From the NCBI GenBank assembly GCA_025360065.1, contig JANYCX010000135.1, positions 1-57,819 on the forward strand: a stretch of 57,819 bases of DNA, written 5' to 3'. Origin of the DNA: Acetobacteraceae bacterium. GTDB lineage: Bacteria; Pseudomonadota; Alphaproteobacteria; Acetobacterales; Acetobacteraceae. Made by a program: the position numbers and the translations under genes. The notes beneath the pieces were generated by a model, which had not been told where the DNA came from, did not search any database, and was given only the letters and a program-made list of their open reading frames with translations. Below are positions 28,255 to 45,183 of the stretch, in pieces. The first letter of the stretch is position 1. Every line of letters begins with the position of its first letter.

Positions 28255-28366
28255 GTTTTGCCGGAGGCGAACAAACCGCCCGAGGCTTTTGTGGAACCCC
28301 AGTTGCCCTGCCAAGGGCTGCCCTTGCATGGAATCGGCAAGGGCCTAGATTAAGGAAGATATGAAA

Positions 28367-28741
28367 ATGGCCGATCTCGCGAGACTTGTGGACGACCTGT
28401 CCGCCCTGACCGTTCTGGAAGCTGCTGAGCTTTCGAAGATGCTCGAAGAAAAATGGGGCGTTTCCGCCTCTGCGCCGGCTGCTGCCGCCGCTGCCGCACC
28501 GGCCGCAGTTGCCGCTGTTGTTGAAGAGCAGACCGAATTCACCGTGATCTTGGCCGCCGCCGGCGACAAGAAGATCAACGTGATTAAGGAAATCCGCACC
28601 ATCACCGGTCTGGGGCTGAAGGAAGCCAAGGACCTGGTTGAAGGCGCGCCGAAGACCGTGAAAGAAAGCGCGACCAAGGATGAGGCCGCCAAGATCAAGA
28701 AGTCATTGGAAGAGCAGGGCGCGACTGTCGAAGTCAAATAA
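28367..28741 (+). CDS. rplL: 50S ribosomal protein L7/L12
   Basis: [32 protein letters not shown]...Ala-rich hinge...[15 protein letters not shown]. Confidence 0.97.
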   Translation: MADLARLVDDLSALTVLEAAELSKMLEEKWGVSASAPAAAAAAAPAAVAAVVEEQTEFTVILAAAGDKKINVIKEIRTITGLGLKEAKDLVEGAPKTVKESATKDEAAKIKKSLEEQGATVEVK

Positions 28742-28888
28742 CGCTTGCTTCGCCGGACTTGCTGAACACGGGTGGGGACCGCTTTGCGAAAGCAGGGCGG
28801 ACCCTGCCCGACTCGGCGTTGCTAATGACCGAATTGCGACCAGACTAAATAGCGACCGACCGCACCAGACCACTGACGGGAAATAGGC

Positions 28889-31800
28889 ATGAACGCGATC
28901 TCCAGATCCTTCACCGGGCAAAAGCGCATCCGCAAAAGCTTCGGACGCATCCCCGAACTGGCCCGGATGCCAAACCTGATTGACGTGCAGCGCTCCAGCT
29001 ACGAAGCGTTCCTGCAAATGGCCACCCCGCATGACAGCCGGACCAATACCGGCCTGCAGGAAGTGTTCAAATCGGTTTTCCCGATCGATGATTTCGCTGG
29101 GCGCGGACGGCTGGAATTTGTCCACTACGAACTCGAAGACCCGAAATACGACGTCGAGGAATGCATTCAGCGTGGTATGACCTATGCCGCGCCGCTGAAG
29201 GTGATCCTCCGTCTGATCGTTTGGGATCTCGACGAAGATACCGGCGCGCGCTCCATCCGCGACATCAAAGAACAGCCGGTTTACATGGGCGATATGCCGC
29301 TCATGACCGATAACGGCACCTTCATCATCAACGGCACCGAACGCGTTATCGTCAGCCAGATGCACCGGTCGCCGGGCGTGTTCTTTGATCACGACAAGGG
29401 CAAAACCCATTCGTCGGGCAAGTATTTGTTTGCCGCCCGGATCATCCCCTATCGCGGCTCGTGGCTCGATTTCGAATTTGACAGCAAAGACCTCGTGTAT
29501 GTGCGCATCGATCGCAAGCGCAAGCTGCCGGTCACCACGCTGCTGTATGCGCTGGAAGGCGCCAATACCGAGAAATTGCGCGAAGCCCGCCAAGCCCAGG
29601 GGCTTGATATCGACCTTGGCGAAATCCGTGGCATGGATTCGGAAGAAATCCTTAACACCTTTTATTCGCAGGTGGTTTTCACCCGCACCGCCAAGGGCTG
29701 GGCGCGTCCGTTCGATCCGGACGCATTTCGCGGCATCAAGCTGCTCGATCCGCTGGTCGATGCCGATACCGGCGAAGTGGTGGCTGATTCAGAAACCAAG
29801 CTGACCGCGAAGACCGTCCGCAAGATCGCCGAGCAGACCAAGGAAGTGCTGGTTGGCCGCGCCGATTTGCTCGGCCGCTTTGTCGCCGAGGATCTGGTCA
29901 ACGTAAACACCGGTGAGATCTGGGCCGAAGCTGGCGAAGAACTCGCCGAAGCCCGCCTTGCCGCGCTGGAAGATGCCGGCATCGACCGTCTGCCCACGCT
30001 CGCCGTCGATCAGTCGAACGGCGCCTGGATGCGCAACACCCTGGCTGTCGACAAGAACACCAACCGCGACGATGCGCTGGTCGATATCTACCGCGTCATG
30101 CGCCCCGGTGAGCCGCCGACGCCTGACACCGCCGAAGCCCTGTTCCGCGGTCTGTTCTTCGACAGCGACCGCTATGATCTGTCCGCCGTTGGCCGGGTGA
30201 AGATGAACATGCGCCTCAGCATGACGGTCGATGACCAGATGCGGGTGCTGCGCAAGGAAGACATCCTGCGCACGGTCAAGACGTTGTGCGATCTGAAGGA
30301 CGGCCGTGGCTCGATCGACGACATCGACAATCTCGGCAATCGCCGGGTGCGCTCGGTCGGCGAGTTGATGGAAAACCAGTACCGCGTCGGGCTGTTGCGC
30401 ATGGAGCGCGCCATCCGTGAACGCATGGGCTCGGTCGATATCGACACGGTGATGCCGCATGATCTGATTAATGCCAAACCGGCGGCAGCAGCGGTGCGCG
30501 AATTCTTCGGCAGCTCGCAGCTCAGCCAGTTCATGGATCAGGCCAATCCGCTGTCGGAAGTCACCCATAAACGCCGCCTGTCCGCGCTTGGGCCTGGCGG
30601 TCTGACGCGGGAACGTGCGGGCTTCGAAGTGCGCGACGTGCACCCGACCCATTACGGCCGCATCTGCCCGATCGAAACCCCGGAAGGGCCGAATATCGGC
30701 CTGATCAACTCGCTCGCCACCTATGCCAAGGTCAACAAATATGGGTTCATTGAAACCCCTTATATGTTGGTCAAGGACGGCGTGGTGCAGCCGGGGCCGC
30801 GCTATTTGTCGGCGATGGAAGAAGAAAAGCTCGTCGTCGCCCAGGCCGATGCGCCGATGGATGCTGGTGGCAAGTTTACCCAGGACCTCGTTTCGGTGCG
30901 TCGCCAGGGCGATTTCCGCTTGGTCAAACCGGAAGATGTGACCGCGATTGACGTCTCGCCCAAGCAGTTGGTCTCGGTCGCTGCGGCGCTCATCCCGTTC
31001 CTGGAAAACGATGACGCCAACCGCGCGCTGATGGGTTCGAACATGCAGCGTCAGGCTGTGCCGCTCATCCGTGCCGATGCGCCTTTGGTCGGCACCGGCA
31101 TGGAAGCAGCGGTTGCCCGCGACTCCGGGGCGACGATTATTGCCCGCCGCGAAGGGGTGATCGATCAGATCGATGGCGCGCGTATCGTGGTGCGTGCCAC
31201 CGCCGAAGACGGCACCACCAAGGGCGTGGACATTTATCGTCTGCGCAAGTTCATGCGATCGAACCAGTCAACCTGCATCAACCAGCGCCCGCTGGTCCGG
31301 GTTGGTGACGCGGTGCGCGAAGGCGATATTATCGCTGACGGCCCGTCCACTGAACTCGGCGAACTGGCGCTTGGCCGTAACGTGCTGGTCGCGTTCATGC
31401 CGTGGAACGGCTACAACTTCGAAGACAGCATCCTGATCTCGGAACGTATCGCCCGCGATGACGTCTTCACCTCGATCCATATCGAGGAATTCGAAGTCAT
31501 GGCGCGTGACACCAAGCTTGGCCAGGAGGAAATCACCCGAGACATTCCGAACGTGGGTGAAGAAGCGCTGCGCAACCTCGACGAGGCCGGCATTGTCTAT
31601 ATCGGCGCCGAAGTTAATCCGGGCGATATTCTGGTCGGCAAGGTGACGCCGAAGGGCGAAAGCCCGATGACCCCGGAAGAAAAGTTGCTGCGCGCGATCT
31701 TCGGCGAAAAAGCGTCGGACGTGCGCGATACTTCAATGAAGCTGCCGCCGGGCACCACCGGCACCATCGTCGATGTCCGCGTCTTCAGCCGCCGTGGCGT

Positions 31801-33061
31801 TGACAAGGACGAACGCGCGATGGCGATCGAGCGTTCGGAAATCGAACGTCTGGCCAAGGATCGCGACGACGAAAAGGCCATCCAGGAACGGTCATTCCTC
31901 GCCCGTTTGCGCGAAAAACTGCTCGGCGGCAAAGCCTCGGGCGGCTTCAAGGGCATCAAGGCTGGGACGATCATCACCGAGGACGTGCTGTCCGAGCACG
32001 TCCGCGGCACCTGGCGCCATATTGGCATCGCCGATGATGCGGTGATGGCGGAAATGGAGGTTCTGCGTCGTGAATACGATGCGGCTGTTGCCCGCCTGCA
32101 GGCCCGCTTTGACAGCAAGGTCGATAAGCTCCAGCGCGGCGACGAATTGCCGCCCGGCGTGATGAAGATGGTTAAGGTGTTCGTGGCGGTGAAGCGCAAG
32201 CTGCAACCGGGCGACAAAATGGCCGGCCGACATGGCAATAAGGGCGTGTGCTCGCGGGTTGTCCCGGTCGAAGACATGCCGTTCCTGGAAGATGGAACCC
32301 ATGTCGATCTGGTGCTCAACCCGCTTGGCGTGCCGAGCCGGATGAATGTCGGGCAGATCCTTGAAACCCATCTTGGCTGGGCTTGCGCGACTTTGGGCAA
32401 GCAGGTCGGCGAACTGGTCGAGAATTATCGCCGCACCGGCGCCGAGCGGGAAAAGCTGCTTGAACGCCTGCATGATATTTATGGCGACGAGGTTTATGCC
32501 GAACAGATCGCCCAGATGAGCGAGAGCCAGCTGCTTGAACTGTCCGACAACTTGAAAAAGGGCATCCCGATTGCCACACCGGTGTTCGATGGCGCGCGAA
32601 TGGGCGATATCGAAGGCATGCTGACCAAGGCGGGCCTCGACACGTCTGGCCAGGTGGTGCTGACCGATGGCCGCACGGGCGAACCGTTTGGCCGCAAGGT
32701 CACGGTTGGCTACATCTATATGCTCAAGCTGCATCACTTGGTTGACGACAAGATCCACGCCCGCTCGATCGGTCCTTACTCGCTCGTCACCCAGCAGCCG
32801 CTTGGTGGCAAGGCCCAATTCGGCGGCCAGCGCTTCGGCGAAATGGAGGTTTGGGCGCTCGAAGCTTACGGCGCCGCCTACACGCTGCAGGAAATGCTGA
32901 CCGTGAAGTCCGATGACGTGTCCGGCCGCACCAAGGTCTATGAAGCCATTGTGCGCGAACAGGACAATTTCGAGGCAGGCATTCCAGAAAGCTTCAACGT
33001 GCTGGTCAAGGAACTGAAATCCCTGGGCCTGAACGTTGATCTGGACATGCGCGCCACCTGA
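28889..33061 (+). CDS. rpoB: DNA-directed RNA polymerase subunit beta
   Basis: 1390 aa with conserved rpoB blocks throughout (e.g. [16 protein letters not shown]). Confidence 0.99.
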   Translation: MNAISRSFTGQKRIRKSFGRIPELARMPNLIDVQRSSYEAFLQMATPHDSRTNTGLQEVFKSVFPIDDFAGRGRLEFVHYELEDPKYDVEECIQRGMTYAAPLKVILRLIVWDLDEDTGARSIRDIKEQPVYMGDMPLMTDNGTFIINGTERVIVSQMHRSPGVFFDHDKGKTHSSGKYLFAARIIPYRGSWLDFEFDSKDLVYVRIDRKRKLPVTTLLYALEGANTEKLREARQAQGLDIDLGEIRGMDSEEILNTFYSQVVFTRTAKGWARPFDPDAFRGIKLLDPLVDADTGEVVADSETKLTAKTVRKIAEQTKEVLVGRADLLGRFVAEDLVNVNTGEIWAEAGEELAEARLAALEDAGIDRLPTLAVDQSNGAWMRNTLAVDKNTNRDDALVDIYRVMRPGEPPTPDTAEALFRGLFFDSDRYDLSAVGRVKMNMRLSMTVDDQMRVLRKEDILRTVKTLCDLKDGRGSIDDIDNLGNRRVRSVGELMENQYRVGLLRMERAIRERMGSVDIDTVMPHDLINAKPAAAAVREFFGSSQLSQFMDQANPLSEVTHKRRLSALGPGGLTRERAGFEVRDVHPTHYGRICPIETPEGPNIGLINSLATYAKVNKYGFIETPYMLVKDGVVQPGPRYLSAMEEEKLVVAQADAPMDAGGKFTQDLVSVRRQGDFRLVKPEDVTAIDVSPKQLVSVAAALIPFLENDDANRALMGSNMQRQAVPLIRADAPLVGTGMEAAVARDSGATIIARREGVIDQIDGARIVVRATAEDGTTKGVDIYRLRKFMRSNQSTCINQRPLVRVGDAVREGDIIADGPSTELGELALGRNVLVAFMPWNGYNFEDSILISERIARDDVFTSIHIEEFEVMARDTKLGQEEITRDIPNVGEEALRNLDEAGIVYIGAEVNPGDILVGKVTPKGESPMTPEEKLLRAIFGEKASDVRDTSMKLPPGTTGTIVDVRVFSRRGVDKDERAMAIERSEIERLAKDRDDEKAIQERSFLARLREKLLGGKASGGFKGIKAGTIITEDVLSEHVRGTWRHIGIADDAVMAEMEVLRREYDAAVARLQARFDSKVDKLQRGDELPPGVMKMVKVFVAVKRKLQPGDKMAGRHGNKGVCSRVVPVEDMPFLEDGTHVDLVLNPLGVPSRMNVGQILETHLGWACATLGKQVGELVENYRRTGAEREKLLERLHDIYGDEVYAEQIAQMSESQLLELSDNLKKGIPIATPVFDGARMGDIEGMLTKAGLDTSGQVVLTDGRTGEPFGRKVTVGYIYMLKLHHLVDDKIHARSIGPYSLVTQQPLGGKAQFGGQRFGEMEVWALEAYGAAYTLQEMLTVKSDDVSGRTKVYEAIVREQDNFEAGIPESFNVLVKELKSLGLNVDLDMRAT

Positions 33062-33152
33062 TACCGCGACCGGTCCGGGCGCCACCGCCTGGACCGTTTT
33101 CGACCCAAGCTTACGATCGCCGGCCGAGCCACTGGCCGCCAAGGAGAGCGCG

Positions 33153-37310
<4,158 letters not shown>

Positions 37311-37363
37311 AAAGCAGACGGACGAGGGAGTTTTCTGCCCGTCAATAGCCTGGAATTGATGAT

Positions 37364-37400
37364 GAATGAGGCTAGGTAGCGATACCTGGCCTCATTCTAT
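37364..37400 (+). terminator. Candidate rpoC terminator hairpin
   Basis: gaatgaggc (37364-37372) pairs with gcctcattc (37389-37397) across a 16-nt loop. The trailing U-tract is poor (tat). Confidence 0.35.
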
Positions 37401-37518
37401 GTCGATCGAAACTATTTCCGCCATGCGGGTCTTCGCCCGCCGTCTGGCGTGATTGCTTATGCCGCAACCGCCATGCAACCTCGGCATGGCCTGCTGCCGA
37501 TTTGCCCCGATCAGGCGC

Positions 37519-37547
37519 TTGACTTGCCGGGTCGCTGCCCGTAGTTA
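37519..37547 (+). promoter_or_regulatory. Candidate sigma-70 promoter of the str operon
   Basis: TTGACT (37519-37524), 17-nt spacer, TAGTTA (37542-37547), about 200 nt upstream of rpsL. Confidence 0.45.
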
Positions 37548-37748
37548 TCCGCCCCTCGGGACAGTTGGTGGTTTTCACCTTGGCTGCCCGGAAAGTTTAA
37601 ACCTTCGCGTACGGTGCCGTCTTCGGACACAGGCCGTGTGTAGGTTGAACACCGCAGATGGGGGGCAACCTCGGCTGCGGTGATTGTTTATGGAAGTTGG
37701 TCTTCTGCCTCTGTAACGGAGGTTTCGACCAGGAGAGAAAGAGGGTCC

Positions 37749-38120
37749 ATGCCGACCATCAACCAGCTGATTGCCCAGGGCCGCCATCCGGCCCCGAAGC
37801 GCAACAAGGTGCCTGCATTGCAAGGCTGCCCGCAGAAGCGTGGCGTTTGCACGCGCGTTTACACGACAACCCCGAAGAAGCCGAACTCGGCGCTTCGTAA
37901 GGTTGCCAAGGTGCGCCTGACCAACGGCTTCGAAGTCGTGAGTTATATTCCTGGCGAAGGTCACAACCTGCAGGAGCATAGCGTTGTGCTCATCCGCGGT
38001 GGGCGCGTGAAGGATTTGCCGGGCGTTCGTTATCACATTCTGCGTGGCGTTCTGGATACCCAGGGCATTGCCAAGCGTCGTCAGCGCCGGTCGCTGTATG
38101 GCGCTAAGCGGCCGAAATAG
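37749..38120 (+). CDS. rpsL: 30S ribosomal protein S12
   Basis: MPTINQLI...[12 protein letters not shown]. The Lys of the streptomycin-resistance hotspot is wild type. Confidence 0.98.
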   Translation: MPTINQLIAQGRHPAPKRNKVPALQGCPQKRGVCTRVYTTTPKKPNSALRKVAKVRLTNGFEVVSYIPGEGHNLQEHSVVLIRGGRVKDLPGVRYHILRGVLDTQGIAKRRQRRSLYGAKRPK

Positions 38121-38132
38121 GGAGGGCGGAGC

Positions 38133-38609
38133 ATGTCACGTCGTCGCCGCGCGGTTAAACGCGAAATCCTGCCGGACGCCAAGTTCGGTGATATTGTTAT
38201 CACGCGTTTCATGAATGCGCTGATGTATGACGGCAAAAAATCTGCCGCCGAAGGCATTGTCTACGGCGCCATGGACACAATGAAGAAGCGCGGCGGCCCC
38301 GCAGCCGATCCGGTCGCGATGTTCCACACTGCGTTGGACAACGTGAAGCCGGCGGTTGAAGTGCGGTCGCGGCGCGTTGGCGGGGCAACCTATCAGGTTC
38401 CCGTCGAAGTGCGCACCGAGCGTCGCCAGGCATTGGCCATTCGCTGGATCATCGACTCGGCGCGCAAGCGTGGCGAACACACGATGGAAGAGCGTCTGTC
38501 GAACGAATTGTCGGATGCGGTGAATAACCGCGGTTCGGCCGTCAAGAAGCGCGAAGATACCCACCGCATGGCCGAAGCCAACAAGGCCTTCAGCCATTAC
38601 CGTTGGTAA
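38133..38609 (+). CDS. rpsG: 30S ribosomal protein S7
   Basis: [20 protein letters not shown].... Confidence 0.98.
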   Translation: MSRRRRAVKREILPDAKFGDIVITRFMNALMYDGKKSAAEGIVYGAMDTMKKRGGPAADPVAMFHTALDNVKPAVEVRSRRVGGATYQVPVEVRTERRQALAIRWIIDSARKRGEHTMEERLSNELSDAVNNRGSAVKKREDTHRMAEANKAFSHYRW

Positions 38610-38656
38610 TTTGATCCACCCAACCCCGAAACCAGACCGGGCACGGAGACACGACG

Positions 38657-39844
38657 ATGGGTAAAGCTAAATTCGAACGTAACAAGCCGCATTGCAACAT
38701 TGGCACGATCGGCCATGTCGATCATGGCAAGACCTCGCTGACTGCGGCGATCACGAAGATCCTGGCGAAGTCGGGTGGTGCCACGTTCACCGCCTATGAC
38801 CAGATCGACAAGGCGCCGGAAGAGCGCGCCCGTGGCATCACGATTTCCACCGCGCATGTGGAATACGAAACCGCCAACCGCCACTATGCCCATGTCGATT
38901 GCCCCGGCCACGCCGATTATGTGAAGAACATGATCACTGGCGCCGCGCAGATGGATGGTGCGATTCTGGTTGTGTCGGCAGCCGACGGCCCGATGCCGCA
39001 GACCCGCGAACACATCCTGCTCGCCCGCCAGGTTGGCGTGCCGGCCCTGGTGGTGTTTCTCAACAAATGCGACATTGCCGATCCAGATTTGCTTGAGCTC
39101 GTTGAACTCGAAGTTCGCGAACTGCTGACAAGCTACGGCTTCCCCGGCGACGATATCCCGATTGTGCAGGGCTCGGCGGTTTGCGCGTTGAATGACACCC
39201 AGCCCGAGCTTGGCGAGGAAGCGGTGATCAAGTTGATGGCGGCGGTTGACGCCTACATCCCGCAGCCGGTGCGTGAAATCGACAAGCCCTTCCTGATGCC
39301 GGTTGAAGACGTGTTCTCGATCTCTGGTCGTGGCACGGTGGTGACCGGTCGCGTTGAGCGCGGCATCGTCAAGGTCGGTGAGGAAGTTGAGGTTATCGGG
39401 CTTCGTCCGACGATCAAGACCATCGTCACCGGCGTTGAAATGTTCCGCAAGCTGCTCGATCAGGGCCAGGCTGGCGACAACATCGGCGCCCTGCTGCGCG
39501 GCACCAAGCGTGAAGACGTCGAGCGTGGTCAGGTTCTGGCCAAGCCCGGTTCAATCACCCCGCACACCAAGTTCAAGGCCGAGAGTTACATCTTGACCAA
39601 GGAAGAGGGTGGCCGCCACACGCCTTTCTTCACCAATTATCGTCCGCAATTCTACTTCCGCACCACCGATGTCACTGGCATCGTGCAGTTGCCGGAAGGT
39701 GTTGAGATGGTGATGCCGGGTGACAACGTGTCGATGGATGTGGAATTGATCCACCCGATCGCCATGGATGAAGGTCTGCGATTTGCTATCCGCGAAGGTG
39801 GCCGCACTGTCGGCGCCGGCGTGGTTGCAAAGATTGTCCAGTAA
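38657..39844 (+). CDS. tuf: Elongation factor Tu
   Basis: [22 protein letters not shown] motifs. 395 aa. Confidence 0.99.
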   Translation: MGKAKFERNKPHCNIGTIGHVDHGKTSLTAAITKILAKSGGATFTAYDQIDKAPEERARGITISTAHVEYETANRHYAHVDCPGHADYVKNMITGAAQMDGAILVVSAADGPMPQTREHILLARQVGVPALVVFLNKCDIADPDLLELVELEVRELLTSYGFPGDDIPIVQGSAVCALNDTQPELGEEAVIKLMAAVDAYIPQPVREIDKPFLMPVEDVFSISGRGTVVTGRVERGIVKVGEEVEVIGLRPTIKTIVTGVEMFRKLLDQGQAGDNIGALLRGTKREDVERGQVLAKPGSITPHTKFKAESYILTKEEGGRHTPFFTNYRPQFYFRTTDVTGIVQLPEGVEMVMPGDNVSMDVELIHPIAMDEGLRFAIREGGRTVGAGVVAKIVQ

Positions 39845-39887
39845 CACACGAAAGGTTCCAGGCCTGCGGGCTTGGAAATGCTGAGCG

Positions 39888-40196
39888 ATGGATAATCAGA
39901 ACATACGCATTCGCCTCAAGGCGTACGATCATCGGGTGTTGGATAACAGCACCAAGGAAATCGTGAACACCGCCAAGCGGACGGGTGCGCGGGTGCGCGG
40001 GCCAATTCCCCTGCCGACCCATATTGAACGCTTCACGGTCAACCGGTCGCCGCATGTCGACAAGAAAAGCCGCGAACAGTTTGAAATTCGCACCCATCGT
40101 CGTCTGCTCGACATTGTCGACCCGACCCCGCAAACGGTGGACGCGCTGATGAAGTTGGATCTTGCCTCCGGCGTTGACGTCGAAATCAAGATCTAG
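39888..40196 (+). CDS. rpsJ: 30S ribosomal protein S10
   Basis: [14 protein letters not shown].... Confidence 0.98.
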   Translation: MDNQNIRIRLKAYDHRVLDNSTKEIVNTAKRTGARVRGPIPLPTHIERFTVNRSPHVDKKSREQFEIRTHRRLLDIVDPTPQTVDALMKLDLASGVDVEIKI

Positions 40197-40274
40197 CGCC
40201 CGCGCCGGAAGCCTTCCGGCCGGTAAATTTTGGCCTACGGACCCGCGCTTGGGTCCCTCTGGGGAAAGAAACTT

Positions 40275-40988
40275 ATGCGTACAGGACTTCTCGCGAAGAA
40301 GCTGGGCATGACCCGGATCTTCAAGGAAGACGGGACCCATGTTCCCGTCACGGTGCTGCACCTGGACGAACTCCAGGTTGTTGCCGCGCGCACGACTGAG
40401 AAAGACGGCTATGATGCTGTCCAACTCGGCTGGGGCCGCGCGAAGGTCAAGAACGTTACCGATCCCAACAAGGGCCATTTCGCGAAGGCGAAGGTCGAGC
40501 CGAAGTTGAAGGTCGTTGAATTCCGCGTGGCCGCTGATGCGCTGCTCGAACCCGGTGCGACTTTGTCGGCGGCCCATTTTGTGGTAGGCCAAAAAGTTGA
40601 CGTGACCGGTGTTTCACAGGGCAAAGGCTTTGCTGGCGCGATGAAGCGTTGGAACTTTGCCGGTCTTGAGGCCAGCCACGGCGTGTCGATCAGTCATCGT
40701 TCGCATGGCTCGACCGGTAACCGTCAGGATCCGGGCAAGACCTTCAAGAATAAGAAAATGGCCGGCCATATGGGCCAGGACCGCATCACAACCCTTAACC
40801 TGGTAATAGCCGCGATCGATGTCGCGCGTGGCCTGGTGATGGTGCATGGCGCGGTTCCAGGGTCCAAGGGCGGCTATGTGACCGTGCGCGATGCGATCAA
40901 GAAGCCGCGCCCGGCCGATCTTCCCTATCCGGCGGCATTGATCGAGGCGAATGCCCCGACCAGCACGCCCGTCGAAGCAGAGGGTTGA
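40275..40988 (+). CDS. rplC: 50S ribosomal protein L3
   Basis: [16 protein letters not shown]. Internal ATG chosen. Confidence 0.97.
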   Translation: MRTGLLAKKLGMTRIFKEDGTHVPVTVLHLDELQVVAARTTEKDGYDAVQLGWGRAKVKNVTDPNKGHFAKAKVEPKLKVVEFRVAADALLEPGATLSAAHFVVGQKVDVTGVSQGKGFAGAMKRWNFAGLEASHGVSISHRSHGSTGNRQDPGKTFKNKKMAGHMGQDRITTLNLVIAAIDVARGLVMVHGAVPGSKGGYVTVRDAIKKPRPADLPYPAALIEANAPTSTPVEAEG

Positions 40989-40998
40989 GGACAGCACG

Positions 40999-41613
40999 AT
41001 GCAAATCGAAATCAAAACCCTCGAAAACGGCTCGGCCGGTATGGCCGACCTTCCAGAAGCCTTGTTCGGAGCAACTCCGCGCAAAGACATCATGGCCCGC
41101 GTGGTGCAGTGGCAGCAGTCGAAGCGCCGCGCTGGCACCCACAAGATCAAAGGCATGGGCGAAGTTCGCGGCACAACCAAGAAGCCGTATAAGCAGAAAG
41201 GCACAGGCAGCGCTCGTCAGGGCAGCTTGCGCGCTCCGCAGTTTCGCGGCGGTGGCGTGGTGCATGGCCCGGTGGTTCGTAGCCACGAATACGATCTTCC
41301 CAAGAAGATCCGCCGTCTCGGGCTGATCAGCGCTCTGTCGCAGAAGCAGGCCGATGGAAAGCTGGTGGTGCTCGACACCCTTAACGGCCCGACCAAGACG
41401 CGTGACCTGCAGGCCAAACTCAACGCACTCGGTTGGAAATCAGCTTTGGTGGTTGATCGTGACATTGATGTTGGTTTCGCTTTGGCGAGCCGCAACATCA
41501 TCGGCATCGATCTGTTGCCGACCGTTGGTGCCAATGTTTATGACATTCTCCGCCACGATGTGCTGGCCATTACCACGGCCGGACTTGAAGGCCTGAAGGA
41601 GCGTCTGGCATGA
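40999..41613 (+). CDS. rplD: 50S ribosomal protein L4
   Basis: [22 protein letters not shown]. Internal ATG chosen. Confidence 0.97.
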   Translation: MQIEIKTLENGSAGMADLPEALFGATPRKDIMARVVQWQQSKRRAGTHKIKGMGEVRGTTKKPYKQKGTGSARQGSLRAPQFRGGGVVHGPVVRSHEYDLPKKIRRLGLISALSQKQADGKLVVLDTLNGPTKTRDLQAKLNALGWKSALVVDRDIDVGFALASRNIIGIDLLPTVGANVYDILRHDVLAITTAGLEGLKERLA

Positions 41614-41951
41614 GCGAGACCCAGGTGGTGAAGGCCCCGAAAAAGGGCCCAACCCTGTCGCGGGAAGCGATGTACACGATTATTCGCAGCCCGGTGATCA
41701 CCGAAAAGGCGACCGCGCTTGCTGAGCGTAGCCAGGTGGTTTTCAAGGTGGCGATTGATGCCAGCAAGCCCGAAATCAAGGCCGCGATTGAAGGGCTGTT
41801 CGGGGTGAAAGTGCTTGGCGTCAACACGTTGGTGCTCAAGGGCAAGACCAAAATGCACAAAGGCCGTCCGGGCCGACGCTCGGATGTCAAAAAGGCTTAT
41901 GTGCGGCTTGCCGATGGTCAGTCGATCGACCTGACCACCGGTCTGGCATAG
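41610..41951 (+). CDS. rplW: 50S ribosomal protein L23
   Basis: [15 protein letters not shown] overlap with the rplD stop. Confidence 0.95.
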   Translation: MSETQVVKAPKKGPTLSREAMYTIIRSPVITEKATALAERSQVVFKVAIDASKPEIKAAIEGLFGVKVLGVNTLVLKGKTKMHKGRPGRRSDVKKAYVRLADGQSIDLTTGLA

Positions 41952-41967
41952 GGCGGGAATAGCTGAC

Positions 41968-42801
41968 ATGGCGATGAAAAACTTTAATCCTGTCACGCCC
42001 AGCCTTCGCGGCACGGTGCTGATCGACCGCAGAGATCTGTGGAAGGGAAAGCCGGTTAAGGGCCTGACAGAAGGCAAACACTCCACCGGCGGACGCAACA
42101 ATCATGGCCGCATCACGAGCTTCTTTCGTGGTGGTGGACATAAGCAGACCTACCGTATCGTCGATTTCAAGCGTCGCCGTGCCGACGTACCGGCGAGCGT
42201 TGAACGCATTGAATATGACCCGAATCGCACTGCCTTCATTGCGCTGCTGAAGTACCAGGATGGCGAGCTTGCCTATATCCTTGCTCCGCAGCGTCTGAAG
42301 GTTGGCGATAGCGTCATTTCGGGCGCCCGGGTCGATATCAAGCCGGGCAATGCGATGCCATTGGGTGCAATCCCGGTCGGCACGATTGTTCACAACATCG
42401 AATTAAGGCCCGGCGCCGGTGGCAAGTTGGCCCGTGCGGCCGGGCAGTATGCCCAGCTCGTCGGGAAAGATTCGGGTTACGCCCAAATCAAACTGATGTC
42501 CGGTGAGCTTCGCATGGTGCGCGGCGAATGCATGGGCACGGTGGGCGCGGTTTCTAATGCCGATAACTCGAACCAGAGCCTCGGCAAGGCTGGGCGCAAT
42601 CGCTGGTTGGGCCGTAAGCCGCATAACCGCGGTGTTGTGATGAACCCGGTTGACCATCCGCATGGCGGTGGTGAAGGCCGGACCTCGGGCGGCCGCCATC
42701 CGGTCACGCCTTGGGGCAAGCCGACCAAGGGCTACAAAACTCGTATGAACAAGCGGACGGATCGTTTGATTATCCGCAACCGCAGCAAGGGCAAGGGCTA
42801 A
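41968..42801 (+). CDS. rplB: 50S ribosomal protein L2
   Basis: [13 protein letters not shown]. Confidence 0.98.
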   Translation: MAMKNFNPVTPSLRGTVLIDRRDLWKGKPVKGLTEGKHSTGGRNNHGRITSFFRGGGHKQTYRIVDFKRRRADVPASVERIEYDPNRTAFIALLKYQDGELAYILAPQRLKVGDSVISGARVDIKPGNAMPLGAIPVGTIVHNIELRPGAGGKLARAAGQYAQLVGKDSGYAQIKLMSGELRMVRGECMGTVGAVSNADNSNQSLGKAGRNRWLGRKPHNRGVVMNPVDHPHGGGEGRTSGGRHPVTPWGKPTKGYKTRMNKRTDRLIIRNRSKGKG

Positions 42802-42804
42802 GCC

Positions 42805-43083
42805 ATGACCCGTTCCTCCTGGAAAGGCCCGTTCGTTGACGGGTATATGCTGAACAAGGCCGAAGCGGCCCGTCAGTCCGGCCGCAATGAGGTCATCAAG
42901 ATCTGGTCGCGCCGTTCAACCATCCTGCCGCAATTCATCGGCTTGGTGTTTGGCGTCTATAATGGCAAGAAATTCCTGCCGGTGCAGGTGTCCGAGAACA
43001 TGGTGGGGCATAAATTCGGCGAATTCTCGCCGACCCGCACCTTCACTGGTCACTCGGCCGACAAGAAGGCGAAGCGGGGCTGA
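42805..43083 (+). CDS. rpsS: 30S ribosomal protein S19
   Basis: SSWKGPFVD...GHKFGEF. Confidence 0.98.
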   Translation: MTRSSWKGPFVDGYMLNKAEAARQSGRNEVIKIWSRRSTILPQFIGLVFGVYNGKKFLPVQVSENMVGHKFGEFSPTRTFTGHSADKKAKRG

Positions 43084-43084
43084 T

Positions 43085-43555
43085 ATGAGCAAGCCGAAAC
43101 ATCCGCGCATGTTGGCTGACACCGAGGCGCAAGCTATTTTGCGCAACGTCCATGTCTCGCCGCGCAAGTTGAACCTGGTTGCTGGTCTGATCCGCAACCG
43201 TTCTGCTGCCAATGCCGTCGCCACCCTGACCTTCAGCAAGCGCCGCATCGCCCAGACAGTGAAGAAACTGCTGGAGAGTGCGATCGCCAATGCCGAGAAT
43301 AATCACGGTCTCGATGTTGATCGTTTGTATATTCATCGCGCCGAAGTTGGCCGCGCCATCGTCATGAAGCGTTTCATGGCCCGTGGCCGTGGCAAGTCGT
43401 CCCGCATCGAGAAGTGGTTCAGCCACATCAAGATCGTGGTCGCCGAACGCCAGGAAGCGGTGCTTGACGACATGCCCGATGCTGCCACGATTGCGGCAGT
43501 GGATGCTGAACTGGCTGCGGTTGATACTGCGGCCTCCGAACAAGGGGCGGCATAA
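43085..43555 (+). CDS. rplV: 50S ribosomal protein L22 (156 aa, acidic/Ala-rich C-terminal tail)
   Basis: [37 protein letters not shown]. The longest ORF (42887) is an out-of-context extension overlapping rpsS. Confidence 0.95.
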   Translation: MSKPKHPRMLADTEAQAILRNVHVSPRKLNLVAGLIRNRSAANAVATLTFSKRRIAQTVKKLLESAIANAENNHGLDVDRLYIHRAEVGRAIVMKRFMARGRGKSSRIEKWFSHIKIVVAERQEAVLDDMPDAATIAAVDAELAAVDTAASEQGAA

Positions 43556-43558
43556 CCC

Positions 43559-44236
43559 ATGGGTCACAAAGTAAATCCGATCGGTTTGCGCCTCGGCATC
43601 AACCGGACCTGGGATAGCCGCTGGTACGCGGGTTCCGATTACGCGAAGCTGCTGCATGACGATTTTAAGCTTCGCGCCCATCTGCGCGCCCGTCTGTCGG
43701 GTGCCGGCGTGTCGCGGGTGGTTATCGAACGTCCGGCGAAAAAGCCGCGGGTGACGATTTATGCTGCCCGACCGGGCGTCGTGATTGGCAAGAAGGGCCA
43801 GGACATCGAGAATTTGCGCAAGGATCTCGCAAAACTTGCCAAGTCTGAGGTGTCGCTGAACATTGTTGAAATCCGTAAGCCCGAAATTGACGCGACCCTG
43901 GTTGCCGAAAACATTGCCCAGCAGCTTGAGCGTCGCGTGGCGTTCCGTCGCGCAATGAAGCGCGCTGTGCAGTCGGCCATGCGGCTTGGCGCCCAGGGCA
44001 TCCGGATCAATTGCGGCGGCCGTCTTGGCGGCGCTGAAATTGCGCGCGTCGAATGGTATCGCGAAGGGCGGGTGCCATTGCACACGCTGCGTGCCGACAT
44101 TGATTTCGGGGTCGCGACGGCGAAAACCACCTATGGCACCTGCGGTGTGAAGGTCTGGATTTTCAAGGGCGAGATTCTCGGCCACGACCCGCTGGCACAA
44201 GATCGCCGCGCGGCCGAACAGGCGCCGCAGCGGTAA
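43559..44236 (+). CDS. rpsC: 30S ribosomal protein S3
   Basis: [14 protein letters not shown].... Confidence 0.98.
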   Translation: MGHKVNPIGLRLGINRTWDSRWYAGSDYAKLLHDDFKLRAHLRARLSGAGVSRVVIERPAKKPRVTIYAARPGVVIGKKGQDIENLRKDLAKLAKSEVSLNIVEIRKPEIDATLVAENIAQQLERRVAFRRAMKRAVQSAMRLGAQGIRINCGGRLGGAEIARVEWYREGRVPLHTLRADIDFGVATAKTTYGTCGVKVWIFKGEILGHDPLAQDRRAAEQAPQR

Positions 44237-44248
44237 GGACGGACGGAC

Positions 44249-44665
44249 ATGCTCTCCCCCAAACGCACCAAATACCGCAAGGCCCATAAGGGCCGCATCC
44301 ATGGCTTGGCCAAGGGTGGCACTGATCTCAACTTCGGCACCTTCGGCCTCAAGGCGCTGGAACCGGAACGCGTTACTGCGCGCCAGATCGAGGCGGCTCG
44401 CCGCGCGATCACGCGTGCGATGAAGCGTGCCGGCCGCGTCTGGATCCGGATATTCCCGGACGTTCCGGTTTCGTTGAAACCAGCTGAGGTCCGGATGGGC
44501 TCTGGCAAGGGCAGTCCGGAGTTCTGGGTTTGCCGGGTCAAACCGGGCCGCATCATGTTCGAGATTGACGGTGTTACCGCCGACCTCGCCAAAGAAGCAT
44601 TGGCGCTTGGCGCGGCGAAGTTGCCGATCAAGACCAAGTTCATTGCCCGAATTGGGGATGCCTAA
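44249..44665 (+). CDS. rplP: 50S ribosomal protein L16
   Basis: [16 protein letters not shown]. Confidence 0.98.
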   Translation: MLSPKRTKYRKAHKGRIHGLAKGGTDLNFGTFGLKALEPERVTARQIEAARRAITRAMKRAGRVWIRIFPDVPVSLKPAEVRMGSGKGSPEFWVCRVKPGRIMFEIDGVTADLAKEALALGAAKLPIKTKFIARIGDA

Positions 44666-44666
44666 G

Positions 44667-44882
44667 ATGGCAAAAGAAATGAAGCCCACGGACGTCCGGT
44701 TGAAAACAACCGACGAACTTTCGACCATATTGCTTGATCTGCGCAAAGCGCAGTTCAACATGCGGTTCCAGAAGGCGACCGGGCAGCTTGAAGGTGTCGG
44801 CGACGTTCGCCGGGTCCGTCGCGACATCGCGCGGGTAAAGACAATTCTGGCGGAGAAGTCTTCCTCCGCCACGCAGTCCTGA
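44667..44882 (+). CDS. rpmC: 50S ribosomal protein L29
   Basis: [18 protein letters not shown]. Internal ATG just after the rplP stop. Confidence 0.95.
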   Translation: MAKEMKPTDVRLKTTDELSTILLDLRKAQFNMRFQKATGQLEGVGDVRRVRRDIARVKTILAEKSSSATQS

Positions 44883-44895
44883 AGGAGAACGGACG

Positions 44896-45171
44896 ATGCC
44901 AAGGCGCGTCCTTAGCGGGCAGGTTACGAGCGACAAGATGAACAAGACCATCACGGTCCTGGTCAATCGTCGCGTTATGCATCCGCTGTATAAGAAATTC
45001 ATCCGGCTTTCGAAAAAATACGCAGCCCATGATGAAGCCGAGATTTGCAAGATCGGCGACACTGTGCGCATCGAAGAGTGCCGCCCGATCAGCAAGCGTA
45101 AAACTTGGATTGTGATCGAACGCAACGGCCAGGTGATCGCCGACGCCGAACCCGCAACCGTTGTAGCATAG
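44896..45171 (+). CDS. rpsQ: 30S ribosomal protein S17
   Basis: [16 protein letters not shown]...AHDE. Confidence 0.97.
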   Translation: MPRRVLSGQVTSDKMNKTITVLVNRRVMHPLYKKFIRLSKKYAAHDEAEICKIGDTVRIEECRPISKRKTWIVIERNGQVIADAEPATVVA

Positions 45172-45183
45172 GAGGAGGGATAG

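Noticed and set aside
28780-28799. GAAA-tetraloop hairpin between rplL and rpoB as the classical rplL-rpoB attenuator
   Set aside because: The stem includes G-U pairs and no U-tract follows. This is insufficient to call a terminator from sequence alone.
43043-44902. 619-aa minus-strand ORF spanning rplV to rpmC
   Set aside because: It is antisense to five unmistakable, tightly packed ribosomal protein genes and has no recognisable domain. It is a high-GC shadow ORF.
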